From NCBI GenBank assembly GCA_028534125.1, contig CM052816.1, positions 14,572,001 to 14,636,000 of the forward strand: a stretch of DNA of 64,000 nucleotides. Reading direction: 5' to 3'. The position numbers and the translations under genes are program-made. This stretch comes from Lama glama (Eukaryota). The first letter of the stretch is position 1, and every line of letters begins with the position of its first letter. Positions 11,278-22,599 of this stretch are shown one piece after another. The notes under the pieces are model-generated. The model had not been told where the DNA came from. It worked only from the letters and a program-made list of their open reading frames with translations, and ran no database searches.

Positions 11278-11528
11278 GGCCCTGATGAAGCTTCTCCCAA
11301 GGACGTGGCTCTGGTCACAACTCCAGTGGCGGGCAAGAAGCACCAAAGCAGGGCTTGTCCTAACTGGTGCCTGAGATCATGCCTAACCTTGGGGTAGAGA
11401 GGCCAGACACTCCCTCGGGGATCACAGATGCACTGCTGAATGCAGTCACCCAGCCAGTTCCTCCTAAGCAGACTCCCATCGGACCTTCCATCTGCTATGT
11501 GACAGTCATCCATCCACCCGGCCATCAG
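11278..11528 (+). pseudogene. Candidate exon with an internal frameshift
   Basis: Long pyrimidine tract and acceptor cctcccacatccccag; GPDEASPKDVALVTTPVAGKKHQSRACP then shifted LVPEIMPNLGVERPDTPSGITDALLNAVTQPVPPKQTPIGPSICYVTVIHPPGHQ; donor cag|gtcagc. Confidence 0.3.
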
Positions 11529-11859
11529 GTCAGCCTGCACTTAGCAGCCCTGGTCATCTGTCAATCTTCCTTCTGACATAGAGGCCACCAGATGGTCCTT
11601 ACATGCTCCTTGGTTCATCAGTTGGTCAGTCCCTCTCTACACACCAAGAGCCTTGATCTGTGAGTTTCCAGGGTGGAGATCCCCGACTCAGGGTCGGTGG
11701 GAACAGACCTAGCCACTGTCCCTCAGACCTTATAATCGGACACCCGCAGAGCCAGCATTCACCCAGCAGCCCCCCGGGTCATAATGCCGAACAGATCTCC
11801 CTTCCTGCCCCCACCACCACCTCATCTCCCCTGGGCCCAGCTACCCCCACTGCTGGAGA

Positions 11860-12110
11860 CCTTTCCCTTTGTGACCTATCTAGGTAATTTGGAAGGTGAT
11901 TAACAGCAATCACGCTTGAGTTTGACATCCAGGCACGGCCGCTAAATTGAGGCTCACAAAGCCTCCTTGACATCCAATATGTTATATGCTTTTCCCCTTA
12001 ATTAGGAGCTAAAGTGGATAAATATGAAGTTGCCATAGCAACAGCCTCTCGGGTTGGTGGAGGGATGCAGCTCAGTTTCTGTCAGCTGGCTGGCTGACAT
12101 GTTGGCTGAT
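11860..12110. promoter_or_regulatory. Enhancer-like block with RFX X-box
   Basis: GTTGCCATAGCAAC at 12029-12042; TAATTA and TGACA motifs; repeat-free AT-rich island. Confidence 0.55.
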
Positions 12111-12373
12111 GGACCAAGTCGGCTCCTGTGAAGGGGTAGGATAGGGCCCCCTCCCAGCTTCCTGGGAACCTGTCTCCCACGCCCAGTTCTGGTGATTCTG
12201 CCACTGCTGGCCAGACTTCACAGAGCTCTGGACTGCCTCACCTGGGCTACAGACCTCAGATGGTCTAACCCCCTCATGAAGCAGTGGGGAAGTTGGAGAA
12301 AGTTTGCTGCTCCAGGAATGAAAGGTAGATAAGATTGAATGCCCGGCTCTCCTGACTTCTGGACCAGAGTCTA

Positions 12374-12475
12374 CAGTGGTTCTTAACCAACTCAGGGTCC
12401 TAGATCCTTGGGAGAATCTGCTGAAGGCTACTGTCTATGGGAACACACTTTCAGGAGGTTCAGACCCCTGCAGCT
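12374..12475 (+). mobile_element. hAT-Charlie type DNA transposon relic
   Basis: cagtggttcttaacc terminus; ttgggagaatctgctgaag; ttcaggaggttcagacccctg. Confidence 0.45.
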
Positions 12476-12944
12476 TGTCTATATACCACACCCAGCTGTT
12501 CCCGCAAAGTTTTTACCACCTGCAGAGACGTTTACAAAGTGTTTGTATAGCGAGTCTTCACTCTTTCATTTCTGCCTTTTCCTCCCCATAGTCTTGTCTG
12601 AGATGCCCTGCAAACTTCTCTCCCCATCCCACATTGGACAAGGTGCCTAAGCCATTCCTCCACCAGGATTCGGTGTGTGTAGCCAGCTTGGGCTGGGGGC
12701 AAATGTGGGAGGACGGTGGTGGCGAGCGGTGGCTGGAGGGACAGCTTTTCCAGCTCTGCAGCTACAGGGTGGGTTGCATCCTGTATCTTGCCTGGGAGTC
12801 AAGAGGCATGGGGCTGGGGGGGGGCAGTAATGGGGTGAGCAAAGGCAGTCAGCTCTGAGAGGAAGTCTCTGCAACGCGGGTCTGTGGTCAGCCACAATGG
12901 GGTTCAGGCCCAGGACTGGGCTCTGCTTTTAAATTTTCATAAAC

Positions 12945-13175
12945 TAACAGTTGAGCACACACTGTATGCATTTTCTCATATTATCTCATTTAATCCTCAG
13001 CAATTCTATAGGACAGGTACTATGATTCTCCCTATTTTACAGAGGAGAAAACAGAGATTCAGAGACGTTTAGCTACTTCCTCAATCTCACACAGCTAGTA
13101 AGTTGAGGAGACAGCACTGGAAGCCAGGTCTACCTGACAGCAGAATTAAACTCTAACAACCACATTCTACTGCCA
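12945..13175 (-). mobile_element. MIR SINE
   Basis: tctcatttaatcctcagcaa...cctattttacagaggagaaaacagagattcagaga...cacacagctagtaagt. Confidence 0.85.
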
Positions 13176-13549
13176 CTTGAATTGCCTTTCCCTGACCCAC
13201 AAGTCACGACTTTAGCAGCTGTGGGGTTTCAGCCAGGGAGTCCTCCCCTCTGGGGAGGTGAGGACACTGACCAACTCCTGCCTTTCTGCCCCCAGCTCTG
13301 CTGTTGGGGCCAGTGGAAGAGAGCCTATGGGCTCACGCCTTATATATATTCCTCCACTGAGCGAGAGCCAGCCCCAAACACCCTCTAATAGAGTCAAGAT
13401 GTTTAAACCTGGAAGAAAAAAGCAAGGATCCCATTCAAAGAGCCCACAAAAGGAAGCACCTCAGAGTAACCCGAGTCCTATTTTCAGGAGACCAAACTGG
13501 GTCTTTCTCCTGTTCCACCTTCTCCCTCTGTGCCAGAGACCTAGTGCAG

Positions 13550-13775
13550 AGGGACGTGTCCGGGCAGGGAAAGGACGCAGCGCTGCCTCCCCAGCCCCGA
13601 GACCGGGAGCACGTCCCTCGCCTCATCCAGCAGGCCCCGCTGCTGCGCTGGCAGTGGGAGGAAGCCGTCCCGCCGCCCTGAGGAGCTGGGGCTCGGGGCT
13701 CCCCCGCACCCCCGCACCACGTGCCGTGGGTGCTGGCAGCGGGAGCTGGGGCTGGTGGCTTGGCCCCCGAACTTC
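13550..13775. promoter_or_regulatory. Small CpG-rich patch
   Basis: Local cluster of CpG dinucleotides in otherwise CpG-depleted DNA. Confidence 0.4.
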
Positions 13776-15000
13776 CTTTCCTTCCAGTTCTGACTAAAAA
13801 TAGAGACAACAAGGACGAGCTCATTCTGTCAGACAGTGTTGGGGAGGGGGGACGCCTGAGCAGATACAGCTCCCCCCTTCTCAGCACGTGAGACCCAGCC
13901 CCCAACTTTCCCACATACATCCCCTGCCTCCCACAGCCTTCCTCTGCTGTGTCAGCCGTGGCCCACGAGCCAGAGTGGGCTGGGGGTTACTTGCTGCGTT
14001 TCCTAAAGTCTCAGTGAACATTCTCATTGGTCTCTGACTCTAGGGAGGGGTCCAGGCCAGGGATGCAGTCCAGAGGGGTAGGAGACCTGACTTCAGGGGT
14101 TTCCCCACCCTCTTCCCTCAAGCCATGTAAGGTAGGGGCACAGGGCTGTCAGAACTGGGGCCCGTTCATAGCCTTCAGTATCGTAATAATGCCCAGAACC
14201 CCAGCAGCTCAGTGGAATAGTCTTGCTGGTTGTGGCGGAGGAGGGGAGCATGTGATCTAAGAATGTCTTACATTTCTCAGGGAGGGTGACTTTCAAGCCT
14301 CAAGCCTTGGGGTCCCTCTTGCCTCTTGGCCTTCCTGCAGGTCCACCCCCCACTCCCCCACCCCCCGCCACCAGGTGACTGAGAAAACACAGCGCCGACT
14401 TCGTCTCCTGTTTGGGTGCTGGGTTCCAGTAGGCGGCTCTGCTCAGCAGAGGTGGGGGGGGGGGTTGGCATCCTCTGCTGTTTCCCTCTGCCACCCCCAC
14501 CCCACATCAGCTGCCCAGTTTGGAGCTCTGCTCAGGGAGAAATACACACACACACACACACTTTCCTGGACCCAGCATGAATTTATAAGGTCACAACAGG
14601 TCCTCAAGGGCATGAAAAGCTGGTGCTGGGCCGGGGACAGGCACAAAAGACACCTCTACCATAGTTCCTTGTCACCCAAAGAGATGGTTCTCCCCTGGGG
14701 GCAGAGAAGAAGCCTGAGACCTCTTCTGACCCCCCCACCCCCACCCCAATCCAGTCGAGATGCCTGAAAGGCTCTGGATCTCTGCCGGTTCAGTGGCACA
14801 TGAGGTGGTGAGCAGAGGGCAAGAAGCAGCAGTTTGCTGTTATCTCCCCCATGCCTGGAATTGTGCCTGGCACACAGGAGGTACTTAGAAATATCTGTTG
14901 AGTGAGTGAATGAAAGAATGAAGAAATGAATGAACTGGACGCAGTCATGACCCAAGACGGGAAGGGAATCACTACAGCTATCACTACGGTACTTTTGCAC

Positions 15001-15235
15001 CAGGGCTAGACTGGAAAATGAGAGGCAAGGGCAGGATAATAATTCGGTGCCTCTTCAAACCAACACTCTCTCAATATTTGTTCAATATTTGTTTGGAGGA
15101 GAAGCTGCACAGGGACCGGACAGGAAGCGCCCCTCCCACCCACCAACCTCGCTGCAGCCCTCCTCCAGTAGCCCAAAAGATTCTGCTTTGGCCTTAATTT
15201 TGCCAGTCCTGCCAAGCTACACAGAAACCCTGTGG
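15001..15235 (-). mobile_element. Possible hAT-type DNA transposon relic (family uncertain)
   Basis: Begins caggg, ends ccctg; reverse gtgttggtttgaagaggcaccgaattattatcctgccc resembles recalled MER53/Tip100-type sequence. Confidence 0.3.
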
Positions 15236-16144
15236 TTCTCCAGGACCCCCTCTGAACGAACGAGCGGAGCTTAATGAACAATTGTTGTAGCTTGAGTACC
15301 CTGTGGGGATCTCACCTCTGTGCCCAGCAGCTTATGGAAATGTTCCTGCCAACCCACACCCCCACCCTGAGGCTTGTGCCTGGCAAATACTCTTTTCTCC
15401 AATTTGTTAAGTGACCAGTGAAGCTTTAGCGCCCCTTAGAGATGGGTGCCCTGGGCTGGTGGGCCGCCATCCATTGGATCTTTCCTCTGGGTGATTCTGG
15501 AGGGGAGAGGCATGGAGGGGTCTGCTCACTGCCCTCTTCAGCCCTTCACACTCTGCTGACCCAATGCCTAGGAGGGAAGGTCAGGATGGGGAGGTGGAGT
15601 GAGTGGGTGAGGCAAAATCATTGCTTCCAGCTCTGAGCAGGTGAAAGACAAGTGACCAGCAGCTAGAAGGGACTCCTATTCCCTCCCAGGGAGCTGAAGG
15701 GGCAGACCCACTTCAAGTAGCATCCTGAGTCCAAGATCCAGCAAGTGCAAGCCAGCGCAGGGTGGATGGCTTTAGAGCTGCTGAAGTAATGCTGTCTGAC
15801 TTCCACTCCCTGGGGATGCCTGCGAAAACCAGATGTCTGGCCAATGAGACGATCACTGGAGCAAAATCTTTAAGTAAATACAGTCACTCATAGTCACTCA
15901 CTTCCGTTTCCTCTACTCTGCTTGCCCCACCCTCCTCTGCTTTCACATTCCAGCCCCCTTTCCCACCTCAGCATGCCTGCCCCCTGCCCCCACAGCCTCC
16001 CTGCGGCTGCCTTGCTAGCCTCACCTCCTCGCCTGCATAGAGGGCGTCTCCATCCTCTCCCAAGCCCCCTGCCACCTGAGCAGCACAAAATGAAACCTCT
16101 GAGCACCCGTGCAGATGAAAGACTACTAATGACATGAACCCTCA

Positions 16145-16570
16145 CTATTTCTTGAGCACTCGCTTGGTGCCAGGCACTAGGCTACAACACTTCTTTATGT
16201 GCGTTAGCTCATTTCCTCTCACGGCGACCCTGAGACATGCGTACCATGCATCCTTCAGGGTAAGACTCTGGGGTCAGAGTCCCAGCTTTGTCACTGATCA
16301 GCTATGTGACTATAGGAAAATCACTCAGCCTCTCTGAGCCCATTTCCTCATCTGTAAAATGGGGAGATTCACTGTACCTACCTTAAACAGCTGTGAAAAT
16401 ATGAAGAACTAAAGTGCTTAGCACAGAGCCTGGCACATAGTCAGGCTGGCTCGGGACATTGTTATCCTCATTATCTTCTTTTTAGATGAGGAAACCTAAG
16501 GGAGGCTAAGTCAGGTGGCAAGGTCATGAATGACTAGAATAAGGCAGAATCAGGGTTCTAACCACAGCCT
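16145..16570. mobile_element. Plus-strand MIR (about 16258-16440) nested in a minus-strand MIR
   Basis: Reverse MIR 3' part at 16145-16240, forward MIR core, then reverse core ttagatgaggaaacc resumes near 16480. Confidence 0.7.
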
Positions 16571-18589
16571 CCCAGTCCTGTCTTAGGGGAAACCTTGGTT
16601 AGAACCAAGCTCTCCCCCATGCCTTGGCTCTGCCCACCCCCAGGGCCACAGCTCCTCTTTCTCTAGTGGAAAGGAAACTGGAACCAAATGAGCTGGAATG
16701 AGCCTGTGGGTCCCCAGTGACAGCCAGCATCCCACAGTGCTCTGGGGAGTGTGTGCACACGCCCACCTGCCAGGCCTGGAGGAATCCAGGCTTTAGACTT
16801 GAAAGGTAATCCAATCCCCTGTGCTTCCTACCCTCCCCCGCAGCGCTGGGTGTTCACGACAGCAACACAGACCCAGTTTCAGAGGAACAAGCCCGCAAGT
16901 GAGAGACTCACAGGCAACACCTCGCTCTCCCTGCCCCGGTGTAGGCGCAGGCCCTGCACTTTGCCAGCCTGACCAGAGACACAGCCCACCTCGGCCTCCC
17001 ACACCTCCTGGCCTTGACAACTCTCCATCCTTTGCTCAGCTCCCATGACCAGGCTCCTTGTCCCTGTCCCTCATCCTACCCTGGGGAAGCTCCATCTATC
17101 TCCCTGCCTGTCCCTTCCTCTGCCTCCCAGGCCCCAGGCCCAGGGTCATTCAAAACATGTCCCTGTGACCCCCCTTTACCTACCACCTCTGCCCCAAACA
17201 TCCACCTCTTTCTCTCTACCCAGTGGCCCAGCTCAGCCCAGGCTGAGCTGGGTATCCAGCACTTGGGTCTGGGGCAGAAGGAAGCACGGAGCAATTCAGA
17301 GTTCTGTTTAACTAAGAATGAGTAATAAGCAATATGTAATTAGGGGATGAGGGCATGTGGCTATGCTCCGTGGACCCTGGGCTGGGGGAGCAGGTGGAGC
17401 CCCTGCACACATGTCCCCACTTGCCTCCAGACCCCCATCTCTGGCCAGATCCCCCCCGCCCATCACTTCACACTGGGTCCCCTGGCCAGCTCTGTGATGG
17501 GTGGTCCTTGTTCATTCAGCCCTCAGGACCTTCCCCACTTAATTCTGCCCTAGCTTCTGGTCCCCAGCCTTCTCTACTGAGCAGAAGGTGCCCATTCCCT
17601 GCAGTCACAGGGATCTCAGTCTCTCCTGGCATCACTACTCCCTGAAGGGGCCAGGCCTGACCTCTGTCTCCAGCCAGGCCTTGAATACTGGGAATATGAA
17701 GCTCCCCAACCCCCTAAAGGAATCCATAACAAGTCAAGCCCCAAGCCTTTCCTGCTCTCCCATGTGGCTTCTACGCTTTGTTCCTCTCCACTAGCATTTG
17801 CCCTGTTCTCCCCACCCACCCAACAGGGGGCCAGTGATGCCTCTCTAGGGACCTTCCCCGACCCAGCCTGTCCCCGTCCTCTCCCTCTCCAAATCCGATG
17901 AGAGCTCCTTGGGTGGTGGGAAGGCAGCAATCTCTCCCCCTCCTCATCCCCATCCTCCACATCCTTTTTATTCAGGGACAGGTCAGAGCATGTTGCCCTC
18001 CAGTGGCTGTGGCCAGCAGTGGCTTAGGGAGGAAAGGATGTCCAGGCTCCTTGGACTGTCTCAGGTCCCACCTGTCTGGGGGCGGCAGCTGGGGAAGGGG
18101 AGTCCCGGCAGGGATGCCTGCCAGGCATCTCTAGGGCCGGGTGCTGCCTAGTGAACTAGTTAGCACTTCTTCCCTTACTCTGGCCCTGCTGGTCTGCTTG
18201 ATCAGATTCATCCCTGACTCCTCCCCTGGAATATTTTCTGGTACTTTCACCAGCAGTTCAGACCTAGCACTTGCTCTTCCCACACCCTCCCACCCAGCAC
18301 GGTCCAGCAAAGGGCCAGGCACAAGAAAATGACAGCCAGGGCTCCTCACTCCCTGCATGCTGGGGAAGGGCTTTGCAAGCACTGGTCGCTCAGCCCACAG
18401 CCCCAAGAGGTAAGGGAAGCTGTCAACACAATTTTACAGATGAGGACACAGAATCTTAGAGGAATTAGGTAATATCTTGGCTCACCCAACTTGGGGTTGG
18501 GGGATGGGGGTGCTGAGTTAGGAGTCTGACTCCAGAGCCCAGCTCTTTACCGGGAGGTACTTGTCCCTAGTGGCCATTGATGGAGCGCT

Positions 18590-19140
18590 GTGTGTAGGTG
18601 AGAAGGGGGTTAGGGACAGGCAAGGCATGTGGCTGGTGGAGGGCATGAGGAGTGAAGTTGGAGGTGAGGGAGTGTCCAGAGCAGAAGGTTCCAGAAAGTG
18701 ATGTGAAGAGGGTATGTGTGGGGTGGATAAGGGGGTAAGGAAAGGAGGGGGAAGTGTGTGGGGATACAGGAGGTGAGTCAGGGAGGGATGAGGGCTGAGG
18801 AGTGAAACAGGAGGGGAGGAAAGTGTCAGGTGTGTGAGAGATGGTATATGGGGGGGTGCAGATATTGGGGGGAAGAGGAGGTGAGGGGTGAAAGGGCAGT
18901 GCGAGGATGAAGTGGAGGTGGAGAGAGTGCCAGGTGTGTGGGTGTGTGAGGTGGACGGTGGGGAGGCGGGGGGAGTGTCAGATGTGGGGGTGTAAGAGGC
19001 ATGAAGTGGTTGAGGGAGAAAGTGAGAAGGGTATAAAAAGGTGTGAGGATTGTGAAAGTCCCTGAGGACCTGGAGGACTTGAGCAGGGGAGGGGATTGGA
19101 GGAGGGGTGGGGACGGTGAGGGGAGGGGTGCATAGGTCTG
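18590..19140 (+). repeat. G/A/T-rich, C-depleted low-complexity tract
   Basis: About 550 bp of gagg/gtgg/gtgt with very few C on the top strand. Confidence 0.75.
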
Positions 19141-19378
19141 AGGGGCTTTGACAGTTTGGCTTTTGTCCCTGTCCGCATCCCCAGCTGCCGCAGCCCTACC
19201 AGACCTAGCCTCACTGCCAGGCTCATTTCAGGGATGGGTGGAAATTTCCATTTCAGCAAAATCCATTTGTAAAGCCCTGGAGCTTTGAGCCTCATTCTAC
19301 TCTGCCTGCCTGGCTCTGGCCTGCCCAGCCAGCCCCATTCTCTACCCCAAACCTCCCTCTGCTCTCCCTCCTCTGCAG

Positions 19379-19499
19379 GCAGAGCTGGGCTCAGGGTCTT
19401 GCCACTCCCAGACTCCACACCAATCCCACCAAGAGAGCCTACGGAGGAGCCCACCCCCGCTGAGCATCTTGACATCCTGGGATGCCCTCCAGGGGTCTG
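19379..19499 (+). pseudogene. Candidate exon (phase 1 to 2), Pro/Glu-rich
   Basis: Strong acceptor cctccctctgctctccctcctctgcag, donor ctg|gtaggt; open frame RAGLRVLPLPDSTPIPPREPTEEPTPAEHLDILGCPPGV. Confidence 0.35.
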
Positions 19500-19784
19500 G
19501 TAGGTGTACGGGGCTGGTCACCGCCTTGCCATCATTGTACCATCAGTATACAGTATGTCCCCACTGCCCCCTTTCCCAGTGCTGAGGGGGTTTGTCACAT
19601 CACAGGGTAGGAGAATGGGACAGGTTCTTCAAGATAATCCTATTTAGACCTTTTCATCATATAAATGGGGAAAGTGAGGTCCAGCAAGGAAAAGGCACTT
19701 ACTTGTCCAGGACTACACAACTGACTGAAGTGCAGAGCCCACATAACCCCTTTTCCTAGAGGAAGAATTGCAGAAAGAGTAATT

Positions 19785-19925
19785 CAAACTTAGGTTCAAA
19801 TCTTGGCTCTGTTGGAGAGGGGTGCATTCAACAAGTGATTTCACTTCTTTGCATCTCAGTTTACCCATCTATCAAATGGGGCTCATGGTCATTCTCCCAG
19901 GCTGGTGTGAGGATTGTGAGTTGAC
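19785..19925 (+). mobile_element. MIR SINE
   Basis: ggttcaaatcttggctctg...catctcagtttacccatctatcaaatgggg...tgtgaggatt. Confidence 0.75.
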
Positions 19926-20954
19926 CAGAACCAGATGCAACAAAGCAGGGGTGGGGAATAAAAGCTGAGGGGCTCTCTAGTCCTTGAAGCAGGCAGAAGC
20001 AGACACCAGTTCTGGATTCTGGCCCCTTGATTTGCTCCACATCTTCCCAAGGACCACAGAAACTGAAGGAATCAGCAGGGATGACATGCCAGGGACTAGG
20101 GCTCTGAGTGGGAATATGAGCTCTGGGCTCCTGGGGTAGAAAGCGAGGAGACAGCTTGGACCATCTTACTCAGGTCTCTGAACAAGGCTTTCCTCCCCTA
20201 ACCCATAAGGAATGGCCACTCTGGACTCAGTGGGGAGGGGTGGGCCTCTGGGTCCAAGCCAAAGCCCTGCATTGGGGGAAAGATGGAGCTCTTCAAGGGC
20301 AGAGGCAGGGGCAGGGTGTGTCCTACTCACTTCTGTATCCTGGCCCGGCATGTGGCAAACAGGGTACATCCCTCAGAACCTGCCACAGCTAGAGGCAGCT
20401 TAGGATACATCTTAGTAGCCAGGACTCGGAAAGCGCCAAGGATCACATGAGCTAGCCTGCTCTCTGCCCAAGTCCCACATCCTAGGCACACCCTGAGGCA
20501 CGTGGCCCAGCACACGCTGGAGCCAACCTCAGCTCTAGCACATGCCCCAGCACATCCTCCAGCTGCTGCCCTCCCCCCGCAGCCCCCACAGGAATCCCAG
20601 GTCCCATCTGCTCCCCTTCCCTAAATTTCCCCTGAACATCTGGACTGCTCCTGAAATCTGGCTTCTGGCTCCATCCAGAGGGAGCTTCCGGGGAAGAGGA
20701 GACTTCTGGGTCCCATTAGTTCTGAGCTGGAGCCAGAGAAGTTTCTGCCTGACCCCCTACTCCCAGCCTGCAGCTGCCAGAGTGAACAGGCCTAACAGGA
20801 CTCTGGTCCCTATCTCCTACTCGCCCTACCTTTGGCACCCCCTCAGCTGTAGGGTTGTAACGATCCTCTTCTCTCATGCACACATAATACACCCTATACA
20901 GCCTCCCCAACATCTGCCCAAAGGTCACTCCATTCTCTTGATGAAAATAATCAG

Positions 20955-21045
20955 AATGTATTTAATTTCACTGAACTGTACACTTAAAATGGTTAAGATG
21001 GTAATTTTTGTTTTGTGTACTTTACCAAAAATATTTTTTAGAAAA
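20955..21045 (+). mobile_element. Old L1M 3' terminal fragment
   Basis: aatgtatttaatttcactgaactgtacacttaaaatggttaagatggtaatttt is the typical L1MA/MB 3' end. Confidence 0.85.
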
Positions 21046-22599
21046 GAAACCCAAACCCCGAACCCTAATCTGCTCATGTCCCACATCCTAGGCACGCATT
21101 TAGCTTTGCATTCTAGACATAAAGGTTCCCAGAGCTTCCTAGCAAGTACTGTGTGTGCTCCAGGACTGCACAGTCCAGAGCACGGGCTGCTCCTTCCCCT
21201 CCCGCTCCTTGGTGGAGGTAGTGGGACCCTTTGGTCCAGGGCAGCAACAATTCTAAGTCCCAGTTCAGAGTCACCCAGCCTACAAATGACTCTCACCTAT
21301 GTCCATATCTTTCCCCGCCGCCTCTCCCTTGCCTCTACCTCACCAGCTCTCTTACCCTCTGCAGGCAATCCAAGGTCTTTTTTTGTTTGTTTTGGGAGAG
21401 GGCCTCTCCCCGGCAGGATGCTCTCCATGGTCCTGAATCACCAGGTCGGGGCAGAATTACTTTCCCTTAACCTTGATGAGTGGGTAACTCCTGAGCAACA
21501 TCTCCAAGGCACATTGACCCAGGTAAGGAAGAAGATGATAGTGAAAGAGAGGGCAGTAGAGAGACAACAGAGACAGAGAATGTGGACACAGGGACAGAAA
21601 GAAAGGGATCAACATGAGGCTGCCATAGGAAGAAAAAGTGATTCCTGTTGTCCCTTCTAAGAAAGGCAATCTTCCCTCTGGATACTTGGATGTGAGTCAG
21701 GACCTCCTCCCCCATCCTATGCAAATACTAGAAAATGTACTAGCTGTCCCACCTTCCAGTTCCTTCTCTCACCTTCTATTTCCCTCCCCTCCTTAACTTG
21801 AGGTCCTTGTGTTCTGGGGGCCATCCCCAGCCCTGGCCCTAAAGCCTCAGCTGTTGCCTACTCCCTGAAAGCTGAGAGGAGATCCCTGTCCAGACTTCTA
21901 CCACCTTGCATCCCTCCAAGAGCAGGCTGAGGGCACAGAAGTCCTGTGCAGTCCCCTAAGAGTGGTGCCCCGCTCCCAGTGCCCTCCTGAGCAGAGGGAT
22001 GCCTGCAACCAGCGAAGGGGAGGGAGAGCGCTTACAGATGGACCCAGCCCAGGGAGTCTTCAGGACAGAGACTGGAAGGAAGGAGCTGGGGAAACAGAAA
22101 AGAGTGGAAAGCAGTTTCTTGTTCAGTTATGGCTGTTATTTATTTATTCATGTATTTTTTATTAAGAAGGAGATGTCAGCCTAATGAGTGGGGAGTCCTG
22201 CTGGCTCTAAGGGGTGGAGCTGGGGATAATGGGGCACTAGCCACTCATGTAGGGCTTCCTCTCCAGCCGCCAGGGACCCCCTCAGCAACCTGAAGTCCTC
22301 AATAGCACTTCCTCCATGCTGGCTCCTTCTCCCTCCACACTGCAACTCTGCTCCTGTCAGAGGGGCCCCAGCACACACCATGTCCTACCCACCACCCCTG
22401 GGTGGGATGTTTCTCTCTTCTCCATCCCTGCTGGGTTCTGGGGACACCAGAGCTGGGACTGGAGCCTCAGTAAGTGTCACTCCTCCTGTGAGGCGAGTCT
22501 CCTTCCCACACCCTGCTGACGAGACCATTCCCCACCCCCACCCTCACCCCCACCCCAGGCTCCCTCTCTTACTACAGAGCCAGCTCCCAGCCCTTGCCA

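Noticed and set aside
19500..19552. Possible transmembrane-coding extension of the 19379 exon
   Set aside because: In frame it reads *VYGAGHRLAIIVPSVY, which follows a stop and is not a convincing TM helix
20542..21660. Longest ORF (372 aa)
   Set aside because: Reads through an L1M 3' end and low-complexity DNA, has no recognisable domain, and is most likely a chance ORF
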